This document shows, piece after piece, positions 10,601 through 25,030 of a DNA stretch of 64,000 bases (the stretch's first letter is position 1; each line of letters begins with the position of its first letter). The translations under genes were made by a program, and so were the position numbers. This DNA comes from Lingula anatina. Lineage: Eukaryota > Animalia > Brachiopoda. The stretch spans positions 27,410,401 to 27,474,400 of the forward strand of contig CM120641.1 of the NCBI GenBank assembly GCA_051362555.1, given 5' to 3'. Below the pieces are notes generated by a model. It was not told where the DNA came from. It was given only the letters and a program-made list of their open reading frames with translations, and made no database searches.

Positions 10601-13079
10601 CTGAACAGACAATATATCATATGCGGGCGTGTAAATAATCCCCATAAATGGGCTACATTTACCCACATTCATAGGCTGTATAAAAGCAATTGGCTTCCAG
10701 TGACTTGTTATGTGGCTTGTGTATCACGGAAAACTTATATATTTCTTTCAACTGTCTTTGAACGGCAACAATCTGAAAATCACAACCAGTGAACCAGATA
10801 AAGTAAAGAAAGAAAAAATATGTTAATAATATGCCAATGTATCTATTTCAATGCATTCCAGTTTTTATATACAGGCGCTTAGAATAAGACTTTTTCACCT
10901 ATGAAAAGTTATACTTTTGACACATATGAAAACGTATTCTTCTGAACAAAACCATTTCGTGTGAGCTATATGTAGAACTAAGATGGTATGCTGAGTTCTT
11001 ATGGGTTGGCCTTACTAGACATCGGTTGCTGAAAAAAGGATACACAAAACAAAAGGTACTGACCACAAAATTCGCTTTCATTTTACGAAGTTGTAATCTT
11101 TCATTTACTGTAGTAACGCCAGGCTAACTTTGATATGATAAAAACTACACGTATTAAGACACGGATGTACAATGCTTAACTAAACATAAAGGTTAAGTGG
11201 GTAAATTATTTGTGCTCAAAGTAATGGGTTTCTGTAATTTTAATCCACATTTGTAACTATGAGACACCTTTCTAAACAAGTGGACTGTGAAAACAGATGA
11301 GAAACAAGGCCACGCAGGGGATTCTAATGACAAAATCAGTTGAAATCCGGTTGACCGAAATTTAAGCAATTATAAAGAAAAAAATCAAGGAATAGCAAAA
11401 AAAATTAATCAAAATATTTTTGCATGTTGTCCGCCAACATAACGCCTACATTATCTTCATGCAAGGCAGTGTTTGGATTTAAGATTGCTTTGAAAGAAAA
11501 TCAAAATGCATAACATTCTTGTCCAAAAATTAAAATAGATAAAAAATAGACAGACAGATACAAAGGTGATCAATTAAAGATTACAAAAAAAGACATAATT
11601 TTTTTCGATGTAAATAAGAAAATTTTGCGTGGGTTAAAAAAACAAAGAACTTATTATGAATTATGCGTGCTATAATCAATATTAAGTAATGAAAGAGTGG
11701 GAGTTGAGACGGGGGTGGAAGATAGAAATCGTCTTTACCTTCACATCATTTGATTAGCATCAAACAGCAATCAAGTCTAATAGTTACATATCGCATAAAG
11801 GTAAACTTAATTAGTTAGCAATTGAATCATCCAAGAGATGTGATAAATTCTCTAATGAAGTAGAAAAAATTAATGTTTTTATCGTGTATTAGGGTGATTC
11901 AATTACATGTCTCCATTGGTCACACAGATATGAGTAATGGAGCAAAGGAAGAAATGGCAAATAGCATGCGACACTGCGTAAACCATTAAATCTGTTTATT
12001 CTGCAACAGGTTGCATACCGTGACGAAATAAACCAGCTATCCCGATGCGCGCTAGAGCATGGTGGTGCTGCTCTTCCTCGCTCGCTCGGTCTCCGGTGGA
12101 ATTTTCTCCTGCAAGATGATCTCGTGGAGAAATGCTGAGTAGAGAAAGAGAGATACTATTAACCGGGTTAACAGGGTCTCATCAATCACCGCGGCAATCT
12201 TATATACAACACCGCTACTACTTCCCCCCACAGCACCGTCAAAAGACAGGGACCACCGAGAGCACACAATGTAAATGGTTCATCACTCGGGAGATCAAAC
12301 GCCGTTCAGGTAACCCAAGTTTTCATTCCTCAGCGTGGCGTAATGTACTGGTTCGGAGATTTAAGGCCTGTAATTAGAAAACAGGTAGGCACCGATGTGG
12401 CCGCGTGCTCCGTCGGTTTAGATCCCCAGTGGGCAAAAGCCCCCTCTACAGTGCATATTTAGTTACCTGTAGCGTCTGCCTTCTGCCCGACTGGTCAGAC
12501 AGGGGCAATGAGGAAATTCTATTAAGAGAGGCGGGGACTCTTTTTACAAATTAAGGCATACTAACAAGGCGTTTGGTTAGATTCAATTATACGGCTTCAG
12601 TAAATTCCGTTTTACTCATATTGACACATTGTTGGATTCAATTCAATGGTGACAATTTGTGCACACAGGTAGAATAGTAAATTGGTTTTGAATTAATCAC
12701 TATCTCTAACAAAAGACCACATATCTAACTTTCCTATATTACATATCTTTCCGCACGCCATTTAAAGAGAACGTTACAGAGCATCAAAGTGTAGGCAGGT
12801 TATTCGACAATAGGCTTGAGGTAAGGTAGTGCACGTTTAGAGGGATGATATACGGGGAGGTTTCATTTGGGGTTAAATGGTTATAAAATTGAAGCAGTTG
12901 TTGTTAATTTCTGCCGACAATGGGCTGTAAAACTTTCGGACAGGAAGTCTTTTGCAGATCCAATCAAGATAGAGCGGGGATACAATTAGTTTAGAGGAAC
13001 GATATTTGAGTCACAAGACGGTAAGAGGCCATAAAACCCGAAGTTGAGAACTTTCGAAAATCGCTACAAGATTTCGCGG

Positions 13080-13520
13080 CACCTCGTAGGCGGGGCTTTC
13101 TTGCAGATTGAATCAAAAGTGTGACGTTGTATTCATGCAATTCCGGTGTCTGGTGTCCGCTCTTTGAGGTGGATAATTACGTTTGTTAGGACACCATATC
13201 TTACCTTTTTAATAAAACAACGATCAGCTTTGCTATTCACTATCCTATTTGTTTTTAACAGGATTACAAGGACGTTCAGCGGGGGACCTACAAACACCGG
13301 CATTGATACCCCAGTACTTTAAGTGATTCTAAATGGCATTAAGAGGCACAAATGCGGACCGGGTAGAATCCAATGTATTTCAATGCATACTTAATAATCA
13401 TTGGTTCGAGCCGAGGCTGTCAAGCGGACATAGCCTATTATATTCGTACAATTTATAGTGTGTCATCTCCTGGCTTAGCCAATAAACCCCTCAGCTGATT
13501 GACGCACCACCGGGGACCTT
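13080..13520 (+). promoter_or_regulatory. Candidate Wnt1 proximal promoter / 5' leader
   Basis: GC box GGCGGGGC (13089-13096), CRE-like GTGACGT (~13121), CCAAT (~13479) and an acceptor-like gtttttaacag (13261), all upstream of the ATG at 13848. Confidence 0.3.
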
Positions 13521-13847
13521 TTGAAGAAAAAAATGATAGACAGACAAAGTGCGAAAAAAGGACATTAAGCTAAAGACCCCGGTGTTAGATCAACGCTTGT
13601 CGATCCATGGTGACTAAACGCGACCACATTGGAGTTCACAAGGCGAAGAGACGTTTTACAAGAATATACCTTCTTACTCGCTGCTAGAAGTATTATCAGC
13701 GAAAGGAAAGTCTACAGGCACTAGGAGATTATTTTTCGGTGGATTATATGTACATGTATATATATTCAGCATTTTTCTTAATATTATCTTAAATTGTTCT
13801 GACTCTTTTGAGAGGACATACGGCCAGGTTTAAAAAACAGTTGCATC

Positions 13848-13942
13848 ATGAAGCTGAATAACTTGATAGTTTTTCTCTGTTTTCTAATGGCACACATGTC
13901 AGCGACCAAGAAAAGCCGGCTATTAAGAGGAGTACGATGGTG
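13848..13942 (+). CDS. Wnt1: Wnt1 (wingless) coding exon 1 (signal peptide)
   Basis: ATG at 13848 reads MKLNNLIVFLCFLMAHMSATKKSRLLRGVRW-W: a hydrophobic core, a basic stretch and the Wnt1-type RWW. The phase-2 donor TG|gtaagt matches exon 2. Confidence 0.88.
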
Positions 13943-16791
13943 GTAAGTTTTTTATTTATATTTTTTTTAATATAAATTGGTAATTTTGTCACTGTTATTT
14001 TTTGGCTTTATTTTTTATTTAATAATATTATTATTATTTTAATGTTTTACATTCAATACACACGAAGAAAAAAATTCACTGAAGTTCTATATTTCCAGTT
14101 TGATAATACGTATTATGTGAAATATTTTCCTCGTGTCTCAGCGCGCCAAAGTCTACATGGGCAGTGGCGTAGAACGAAGCTTGGTACATTTAGATATCTT
14201 TTTGTCCTTCTTTTAAATCGAACACCCTGATCATGGGCTCAAATCTCGGCGTGGAGAAGGCTTTCAATTTGAAGGTGTATTGTTCCGTTTTGGCACTTCC
14301 ATATCATGTTATCCTGATTTTCCCCTGTTTATTTAAGAACTTGTATGAACGCAGTTCTACATGTCGGGTTCAATTTAACGACCGAATTGGAAGATTCATG
14401 GTGTGAAGAAAAAAGTTGTCCTGTTTGTTTTTCTCTTCCTTTTTAAGGCGATACTTAGTTGTGGTATCGAATCGCTTGCCGACCATAAATGCGCGTAAAC
14501 TGTCGCACCGCATGGATTTGCTACATTCCAAAGCTTAAATGCTTTTGTCATTTTATTTAATATTTTCCGTTTGTGTAGTAAAGTTACAGAAAGTAAATAA
14601 TCGCCGACATTGTACACACTTGGTTGACTAACTTAAGAAAATATTTTGCCCATTCAGGCACTAAGTCAAGAAACTTTCGCGTTTTTCATTTCTCAGGCTT
14701 ATCAATAATAAGGTGTTGTGAAAATTTTGGATACTTGCGGTCAAAGATTTCACCTACCGCAAACGAAAGGTTTTCATAACTCCTGAAAAGACCGGAAAGA
14801 TAAACAAATATTGCATTCATATTTCTGTCCTTGCGTGTAAGCAGGCCTGAATGAGCGTTAGTTATCTATTTACTAACATACACTAAATTAGTTTTCTAAA
14901 GGAAAGTAAACGTCTTCAAGATTGATATTATAACAAAACAGAATAGTACGTCAGGAAACGTAAGTCGACATGAAAAAACGTGCGATTCTTGGCCCATGTC
15001 CCCATCTACCGGTGGATGTCCTACATATGTCAGATTCTGCGGTTTGTGCTTATTTATCTGTTTACTCAAAGTTGCTACCTCGTACCTATGGAAAATATAA
15101 ATGCGCTCATTAAAATGCAAAGTTTCAAGCCAGGTAGTTTAATCTGAAACACCGCAATTTTTTTACCTGTACTCTGCAATATTGGCTGTGTAAGTTAACC
15201 GCAAATGTACATGTGCTTTGGCATTTTCACGGGCCTTTGAATGGACAACATTCTTCTATTTTGTAGTCTGGCAAGTATTTTGAATCATAACTTCAATTTG
15301 GCGTTAAGTTTTGTTTAAATTTAAATAAAAAATTGTGTTGTATTATTTATCGACTAAATTTAAAATAAATAAATAAATAAATAACTCTTGATAAATAAAG
15401 ATTTATGTCTAATTCAGACTCTGTAATTTACCGGTCAGTTATGATTTGAACCTTACGACGGTTAAAATACGTAAATCAGCCTAAAACGGACTGATAAGCT
15501 TCAAGGCTATTCGTGCATTTCATAAATGATATTGTGAACTTACAATATCCCTTTCGATCAAAGAAGAAAGTCAATTGGATAGTCACCCAAAATCCGAGCA
15601 TTGTTTCCTGACCTGTAAGAAGAAAAAAAGAGCCCTTCCTTTACTTGTCCCAACAAAGCTTTGATCAGGGAGGCGTCTATTGAAGTGGTGAAACGCATTT
15701 TCATGAAGAAAAACCCAGGAACAATATTTATCTGAAATATGTCGCATGTAAGAACCCGTCTTTACATGCCAAGTGGCCCGTGCTACGGAGAGGTTTGATT
15801 CAGATTCTATTTCAAAAGCAGGTCCGCGCAACCCCCCTCAGTACATATTTGATTTGTGTTTGCTCACAGTCAATAGAGTTATGCACGCTAAAAAACTCTG
15901 TGTAATATTATCACACTTTCATGTTTTTATACACTATCACATCCGTAACAATGCTAACACCGGAAATTCAGTAAACGCCGCTGCTTTCTTAGATTTTCTA
16001 CCCCACGCAGCAACAATCCGGGTTTCCATTTTCAATGATCTTTAATTTATCTCATGTGCCAAACTAGCTTATAACTATATTTCACGTTATCTAAAGAGTT
16101 ATCTTTAAATTCAAACTTGATTTAAAAAGGCATGCGACAAACCTCGGACAAAGATATATATACAAACTGGGAAATCATTTGAATGTTACTGACAAAGGCG
16201 GTTTTGTTCAGAATCTTCTTTCTGTAACCTTATGATCTGTGCTTTGCGGTACTCTATAACCGAATCTAGTTAATGACTCAGAGCTTATTATTTTTTCATT
16301 TGATTATAATCTATCCATTTTTCTTTACATCTACATCTATCTATTTAATTTGTCGGCGATAAGCATTTCTAGTGAATAGCTTTTATTTGCTTCTTTGATA
16401 CGATCAGTTTAACCCTTCCTTCATAGATCTGCAGAAATGATAATCCAAGATCACAAATGTTCTCTCTCTTAAACGCAAGAGACTTAATATATACAAATAA
16501 CTCTTATACATATGCTAACTATCTTGGTTTGTGATTGAAGGCAAACTGGTGCATCATTTTCATTTTTCTCATGTCAAGTATTCCTGTAATTCTTTCTTAT
16601 TTGTATGTAAACTTTCCAACATGGCTGAAATGAAGATGCAACTATGCTAGTTATTCAAATAGATTTACCGGGCACCTGATTTTTCTCTTTATATTAATGT
16701 ATGTGTTTGCTAGCAGCTTATTTGCTTACTAATAAGATGTATTTTTGGCAAAGACCGTTTATCATATGAGTATTATATGTAAGGCATTCTT

Positions 16792-16795
<4 letters not shown>

Positions 16796-16875
<80 letters not shown>

Positions 16876-16893
16876 GAGGGAGAGAGAGAGAGA
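16796..16893. repeat. Compound microsatellite (CA)n(GA)n in Wnt1 intron 1
   Basis: Direct reading. Confidence 0.95.
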
Positions 16894-17962
16894 GGGGGGG
16901 GGGAGGGGTGCAGACGGTGTCTCTGATCTTAAATTCCGGAAACCGAAGGACCTCGTATGAGCGGCTTATCTAGATTGAGTAGATACAGTGATACCGAAAC
17001 ATTGTCAGTAATTGTCAACGTGATTAGATTTCAGTAATAACGATTTTCGTGCACGCACTGTTCCCTCATAAAGTCCGGACAATGTGTCTGCTCACAAAAA
17101 TTATATGATTATCGCTACCTTTAATGAACCCACCTAAACTTTTATGACACATCTACTTCTTTATATACCGTAGATTATCATAACTGCTGAGTATACATGT
17201 AAATACTGCACTGATGTGCCTTAAATTGTGTCTAATTCTCTCATGATGTTAATTCTTTTTGAAACCCAGACGTACGTAGAATCGTGTGGAGAAGGTGATG
17301 GTATTGGTGAATGGTGGTCCCTTCGTTTTGCGTATTACAGTGGGGCGGCTTTACAGCTCAGTACAAATGTGCTAGTCACCTGTACATTTTGACTGTCCCA
17401 CCCAGAACAAACAGTATGACCAAAAACAATTATGTTGTCTCTTATCCCCTTTCAACTCCTCTGACCACTCGCCGCATGTCGTGTAAAGGACATTGTGTGC
17501 TTTGTTTTTGATGCTAGAAGACATCATTAAATCGGGATCGCAATGTGATATATGTCTGTCGTACCTGCACCGATTGTGCAAGATCTAAGCAGTGAATCTG
17601 ATAACATCGATCTTCGCACGAGAGCACTGGAACTGTGTTTGTGGGAGATAACGTACTGATCAAAAACAACTACAAGATAAGCTAAGCCCCTTTCTCTCTG
17701 ATTGTTAGCTGTTTCAATACACAATTAGGTGTAAGTCCAAACCGGAGCTCGCGAAGTACTTAAAAGACTAATACAGCCAACATTTACAAGCTACAAGATT
17801 TTATCTTGAAAATCGGTATCCTCATATATTTATTTGTTTATTTGTTATCGCAGGGCATTCTCAGTGTTAACTTGATAGACACCAGCATGATTTGTGTACA
17901 GTTTACAATCGATAAACGATTCAAATGTCACACCTTAAGAGTGGTTCTTTCGCAAATTACAG

Positions 17963-18222
17963 GGCTTTGGCAAACGTGCCGCAACCCCAGAACACACTGC
18001 TGAATCCTAGCTCTACAGTCCTCTTTAACCCCAGTCTACAGCCCTTATCGAGGAAGCAGAGAAAGCTGGTCGCAGAAAACCAAGGGACAATCATTGCCAT
18101 AGCAAAAGGCGCGCGTCTAGCCGTCGACGAATGCCAGCATCAGTTTAAGAACAGAAAATGGAACTGTCCAACTTCAGACGACAGCCATGGCGGGAATATT
18201 TTTGGAAAAATTATGCTCAAAG
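17963..18222 (+). CDS. Wnt1: Wnt1 coding exon 2
   Basis: Acceptor ttacag|G. Encodes ALANVPQPQN...PLSRKQRKLVAENQG...AVDECQHQFKNRKWNCPT...IFGKIMLKG. Donor AAG|gtaaga (phase 1). 260 nt. Confidence 0.95.
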
Positions 18223-21181
18223 GTAAGATATATTTGTGTATTTGATGTCACTCTTATTTTTCTTTCTTTGTTTTTCTATTACTGACAAGGTATTTGCACT
18301 ACGGGAATTTCGTTTGAACACTAGTACTAGTATTAGAACTATCTACTGGACACCCCGCAAGCAAAATGATGGAAATCGCCACCCTACAAAAGTGTTTGGG
18401 TTAGAAAAAGGTAAAAAAACTTAGCAAAATAATTTAACGAGATGTGCATGTGACACTGAAATACTTTATCTGTTCAATTTAGTTGACCCCAGAGCTCTCA
18501 CTGTCACACACAAACATACTATGTTTATTGGAAGAAAGACATATTTATATTGGTGTGGTGGCCTCAGTACTTACCCTACGGTTTAACAGTGAAACGTCAC
18601 TGTCATCGGACCTAGGGCCTGCCTGAAGTTTTCATAATTTTAATACGGAGATACCAATTTTATAGGCGACACGAGAGAGGAAGTAAATTACGTGAAATGT
18701 TGTATTTACAAGTTCAACACGTCAAAAGCGAAGCAAAAAACGCCATTAAATTAAAAGTTTTGATTTATGAAAACCGCAAAATTTACATTTGATTAAACCA
18801 CGACCATCATTTCTACTAGGCATGCCCTGACAGTGGGACATAAAAACTGAAACTGGTGAGGTGTGGACATACGCTCGCCCATAAACCTCTGATATATATA
18901 CACATATACATGTAGAAACACAGATGAGTGTAAAATTAACTTTGATATGTAGGTCTATTTTTCAAAAGAAGAGAGAATCTATTGGAATAGAATCACACGT
19001 TGTGAGACAACTTTGCAACTAACACAGTTCGTCGTTTCAAAATGAAAATGTTTTGGACCTTACGTCTTTTAACGAATAGAATAGAATCCATAGTGGCATG
19101 TGAAATAGTTTGCCTACGTTGATTTTGAAATGAAAATGATGTTTTGTGCGCGCCCGTATTACCGTTAAGTATCACATGCAAAACAAATGCACAGATTATA
19201 GCCCATGTTCTTACCTTTGGCTCAAAGTACACATTAAACGAAAGAATTGACAACACGCTGACAGAATATGTGAACATTTAATGTGAACATTAAATAGACA
19301 TATCTTGAATATGACACCCGGGTTAAACCGTCCTCTGTATCATTCAGACGTTTAAATGAAATGCCCTACATAATAATGCGCGTGAGGATATTAGATTGAT
19401 GACTTTTAATTGCCTAAACACCCAGAGAAATAGATTTAAATTGGGTTTGTGATCAGTGCGCGAGGCGACCTCTGCACTTAATTCCCCAGGCCTCAGATTT
19501 TTTGATTGCAGACCTGTCATTTCTGCTGGGACCTCGTAAAACAGAGAACAAGTCCTGCATTTGTCTTAAAGTATGAACATATGCATGTGTGTCGAAAAAA
19601 AAAGACAACTTCGTATGCTGTCCATGAATGTGAAATGAAGTACAAATTGATGTACAAATGCTTATCAAACACTCGACATTGCCCCATCGAGTACACGAAG
19701 GTTAAGTCGTTTAACCACACAAATCTTGATATTTACAAACAACCAAAACCGCTCCCGACTAGGTCTCTTTTATCTATAATATTTATGATGCTTAAGTTCT
19801 AGTGGTTTTTACAGCCTCAATGCTGATGAATTTAACACAAATGATTGGTCTTGCATCTCACATCATTCGTTTTCTATCTTGGGGTCTATAACTAGCAAGG
19901 GCCCACTGAAACACGTTGTTTAGTGGTTCTAGGTTCGAGCGTACTATAAAACTCAAGGGGGCCTGAAGGAGAATTCACAAATTTGTTGTTTCCACTATCT
20001 TAACTCCTGCTATCTCTCACGTTTCCCTTGCTAATCACATGTCTACCAAAGGTATTTCTCCCATTATACTTCTACGTTTAGCCTAAATAGCGATAGATAT
20101 ATATTTTCTTTTTTAAGGGGGCAATCGGGTTAACTTTGAAGAAAACTAGTTTAATTGTTTACCTTTATAGTTAAATCGCTTTTTAAAATGAGTAAATAAA
20201 TGAAAATATGACGAATAATCGACAGAAAATTCTTAATTCGAAGCGGGAGTGTCCCCCATTGCAGTGCATTCGGTAATTAAAGCGGCTCATTTCTTTTAAG
20301 ACGTTCACTATTTCTCATAGTTAAATTATCTAGTCATTACAAAGCGTTACATGTGCATCTGTACATAGGCAAGTAGAAGTTTGTGGAAAAATGCTCCATA
20401 GGTCGCGTGTCACAATATATGTACCATGCCCATATAGAATAACACTTTGAGGTGGTTTGAATTTTTTTTTAATTTGCTGTTTAAAGTTACGCGAAGAGAA
20501 CGACGGCTAAGGTGTGATTTACTCTTATTCCAGACACCTGTTGCTTGAAAGAATTCACTGAACACAGGGAAGGGTCCCTTTACAACCTGTGTACGCTAAT
20601 GTAGAATGTAAGACTTCAATTTTGAATTGCAGCAGGCAATGTTATACGCCCAGAAATAAAACAAACTGGTCAACGCGATTCTGTGCAAAATTGTAAGAAA
20701 ACAAAATCACAAATATCAACATAAAATCAATCACTTAAGACGAATCAGAATATTTTCTGCTGTTCTGCTTTTGAAAACAAACTAAAGCTGGATCGCCAAA
20801 AATCTTTTCAGCTAATACACTATTTGCTTCTTTGTAGTCTATACAGTACTGCATTTTATTAACTTGACACAACGAAAGCTTTACAACTTGCATTCCAACA
20901 TTAGCTGGCTCCACTACCTCACAATAGGCTGGAGCAACGCAGGACGAGGTAGAACTCCAGTAGGAATGCTTCAAACAAAACCACAAAATTGACCATTTAT
21001 TTAAGGTTTCAAGTGGCCAGCAGACCGCCACCAGCTAGGTGGGCTTTCTGGTGTTAACAGGTACGGCGTGGACACTGGTCACAGACGCTTCGGACCATAT
21101 TTCAATTTCCCACGAAGGGTGCCCAGAAAGTCCCCCCTCCTCAACGTTGACATTGTTGACTGCGGTAATCAAGTCACCTCC

Positions 21182-21328
21182 CTTTGAAGATCAACACCCC
21201 CTAAACATCGTGCTTACCTGTCGTGCTTTCTGTTCGATTAAAAGGGACACTTAATCAAAGATGACACGTTGACATCGTTTGTTGATCAGACGCTTTGAAG
21301 ATGACATTAAGCAAAAATTTAGGGCGGC
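21182..21328. promoter_or_regulatory. Candidate TCF/LEF-responsive enhancer in Wnt1 intron 2
   Basis: CTTTGAA (21182-21188), ATCAAAG (21254-21260) and CTTTGAA (21293-21299), plus a GCCGCC helper-like site on the - strand (21323-21328), all within 150 bp. Confidence 0.45.
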
Positions 21329-23515
21329 CTTTTAAGAGACCTCGACTGATAATTTTCTCAGTTACCTGAGCTGTTGTGGCTTATGGGGAGCGGGTTTTAT
21401 GGCAGTAAATTCACAAACCTCTTAAAGAAAAGCAGATGCGGCAAAGTGTTTTTAAATCTACCTTAATGTCACCCGAAAGTGAACAAGTGATTTGGGCAAT
21501 TCTTGTTTGACGTAACAACCCTTTGGTGACTATAGGATGACGGATCCCTCAGTTTTCAACATTTTGAATTGGTCTAGTGAAATTAATTGAATGTTTTCTG
21601 TGGATTAAAATGGTTAATGTGATTACAAATAAATATATTCTTTACGATTTCTAATCTTCTGGTACATTTTGGTGATATAACGTTCTTATATTCCATTTTT
21701 AATTTGATTCTTTACAACAGAAATTAGACCATTGTTGCCAGATGTGACATGGATATTTTAAACGGGAATTTGATGGCTAATTAATGACGCGTACAAATGT
21801 ATTTCTAGTTATTCTCCTTAAAGGATGTTATAAGGTAGAAATTGCGCACTTCTTATGTCACTTAGCATGCAAAGACTGAGGCATTATTCATTATCAAAGT
21901 ATTTAGGGTAGGATCGTTATAGGCGAATAATATGGACGCTGTGATTGGATTATAATTGTATTTAAAATGGCAAAACAGACACAACAATGCTCTACCATCA
22001 CTTTAGAGGCGTGTGACTTCAACTGAATGTGTGTTCCAGTGGCTTTGCATTCTTTCTTGTATGAACGCTTGTGAAAGAATACAACCTGGTCAAATATAGG
22101 AGAATAGCGAGGAATCTAACTTAATTTTCTCCCCGACTGATTTAGTAAAGAACAACACAGCACCTGACATGGTCAGATTTGTACATCAGATAAAAGGAGA
22201 GTCTTTAAGTCCACTTTAGTATCAGGAATGATCATTTAATATACGCACATACATACATGCATACCTATATACCTAAAGCGCGTAGCCAAAACGGGATGAC
22301 GTAAGCTGTTGTGAGACGCGCGTAACCAGCAAGCTGACGCATTTAAGGGGTCGGAATACGTGTATTTTGATCAGCAGAAAATAAATAAAATCAATGACAA
22401 TAAGAATATCAAATACTCAAGTGATACATATTTCTCCATAAATAAATTTCTACAAATAAGCAGCGATTTTGCTCCGAAGAATGGTCTTTGTGCTATGCTG
22501 CTTCTTTAAAAAGGGATCGATTTCAACCATCTATATCGGTGTCACAGTTTTCATGTCATCTGTTACAGTTTCACATAAAAGAAAAAATACTTTTGTCGAT
22601 TCTTTTCACCATTGTTGCAATTAAGTTATTGAAATGTCGCCAGACGACCTTTAAAAATGTTGCCAAAGGTTTTTTTCTGGTGTGTTGTGACCAGTTATGT
22701 TATTTCGTTCTATATACAGGCAATGAGGAAAATTGGCGTGTCAGATATATAGTTTCTGGACATAGGAAATGACCCGAGCGTACAAGGTGACGGTCAACCA
22801 CTGATGGTTCAATTTCGAGAGCTTATTTTTGTTAAAGACTGAAATGCTTGGCCTATGAAAAGGACAGACCAGTCTAAAGCAGAGGTGAATAGTAGGGAAA
22901 AGGAGAGCACGAGGTATAGGTCGTCAACAAGGACAAAAACAAAAAAAAAAGCAATTAGCGTCCGTTCCCTTTTGATATATTTCAGACTTCTTGTCATATT
23001 TTAAGGAGGGTTGTGAAGAGTAGTGGTGGTACACCCGAGTTTTCTTTCTAATCAGGCGATATTTGGGGTAGAATTTCGTGTCATTGAAATCCTGGGTCCT
23101 CATGACATTGATTAATGGGACCGACTCAATGTGAACCCGTGGAGACACCGAACGATTTTAAAAACCCTCATACGGCAAACAGCTAGCAATAAATAAGAGG
23201 CACTAAACTTTTACAATTCTCTTCAAAAGTTGAGATATCATTACACACAAATTTCTCTGATTCACTGTTTGAAACGGGCCTTAGTGTATCAGTGTTTTTT
23301 CTTCTCCCATTGTCTGGGGGCTAAATTTGATACTCCGCTCTAGCAGATGGTCTAAAGGTAATGTCTTCGCATACTATCACGACCATTACACAACACTTGG
23401 CATAGCAATATTGATGTGCGGCAAAGACGTTTGTTGTGCACTGAATTTCCTTGGAGTATGATTTCAGAACCATCCTAGATTTGATAAAGAACTTAACCTC
23501 AATTTCAACAGTTTT

Positions 23516-23516
<1 letters not shown>

Positions 23517-23582
<66 letters not shown>
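23517..23582. repeat. Compound microsatellite (CT)n(GT)n in Wnt1 intron 2
   Basis: Direct reading. Confidence 0.95.
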
Positions 23583-23584
<2 letters not shown>

Positions 23585-23595
23585 TGACGGAATTG

Positions 23596-23658
23596 AGCTT
23601 TAAAGACCAATAAAACATTTAAAAAAGCTTTAAAGACCAATAAAACATTTAAAAAAGC
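23596..23658. repeat. Exact 30-bp tandem duplication
   Basis: AGCTTTAAAGACCAATAAAACATTTAAAAA occurs twice in tandem. Confidence 0.9.
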
Positions 23659-24749
23659 GGCCCATATTCGACAATCGGCTGATAGTATACCGGGACGTGT
23701 AACAAACATACATGAAATGCCCTTGCAAACGTATTTCACTCCAGATACTTATAATTAAAGGAAATTTAAGGTATAGACCTGCTAATTTGCTAACTAAATT
23801 GTGATCAGTGCAAACTAGAGCACTCTCTTACTGCATGTTTTTATATATATTTTCATACAATACCCGCACTGCATAATTTTTTTCATTATTGAAAAACAAA
23901 GTTTCAAAATATGATCAGATTCAGACCACATTTAAAATCGATTTACTCTACAAATACGGTAAGAAAAACAAAGACAACAACGGCGGATAAGAAAAGCCCC
24001 AAGGAACAAGTTTTCATAGGCCATTTCAGTAACTCGGCGATATAACCATTCAAAGGTTTTACAAGACACATGACTCGCACTTTAATGACCTTGGTAGTTT
24101 TCACCTACAGCAGCACGGCGTTGCGTGGAGTTATTCTCCTACTGGTATAAGTACGCACCTGGTTGCCGTTCATCATTTTTAGAACTGATAAGGCTGACAA
24201 AAAACAATTCATAAAACAATGAATATATTTTTGGGTTCATTTTATATAATGCGACACGGAAGGAAAGCTCTTTATGGATATTCATTTAGAAGAGCCAACT
24301 TTTGAAGTTGCCGAAGTCGTTGGCATAAATAAAGTTATTTGGTGATGCTGATTATCTGAATTTTTTTCTTTGGGATTTTTTTTGTTTGTTACCAGAATGC
24401 AATATAAAAGTACTTATCTCGCATGCCCAGTGATATTTATAAATCCCTAAGTATATTTAAAATAAACACGGAAATAAACCAAAGGTAAAAAAGAGGTTTT
24501 GCCAATCACAATGATAATGTCCTCTTTTGTTTTTCTGGTTTACCATATTATTGACTTTGTGGTCAGGCCCGGAAATCTTCACAGAGGTTGTATCACATCA
24601 AAGCGTACTTATATACTGAATAATTACTTTTTACATTTCCGATTTTCAAACGAGGAAAAATGTAACCGCGCGTTCAGTGTAGGCCTATCACTTTTTTCAA
24701 ATGCATACATACTTTTTATATACTAAGACGAAAATCCTTCTATTTTTAG

Positions 24750-25030
24750 GATGCAGAGAGACGTCTTTCATTTATTCTATTACAAGTGCGGCAGTGACGT
24801 ATCAGCTCGCACGGGCGTGCGCCGAGGGCATCATCTCAACATGCACGTGCGACTACAGGCAACTCCGGTACCCGAGTGTAGACCAGAGTGGGAAACCCTG
24901 GGAATGGGGAGGTTGCAGCGACAATATGGAATTTGGTCTGCGGTTTGGGAAATCGTTCACTGACGGCGTTGAAAAGGGCAGAGACTTGAGATATATAATG
25001 AACAGGCATAATAATGGCGCTGGACGCCTG
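24750..25030 (+). CDS. Wnt1: Wnt1 coding exon 3
   Basis: Acceptor tttttag|GA. Encodes [16 protein letters not shown]...CAEG...CTC...[13 protein letters not shown]...[20 protein letters not shown]. Donor CTG|gtaagt (phase 0). GCRE and EKGRDLR are Wnt1 signatures. Confidence 0.96.
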
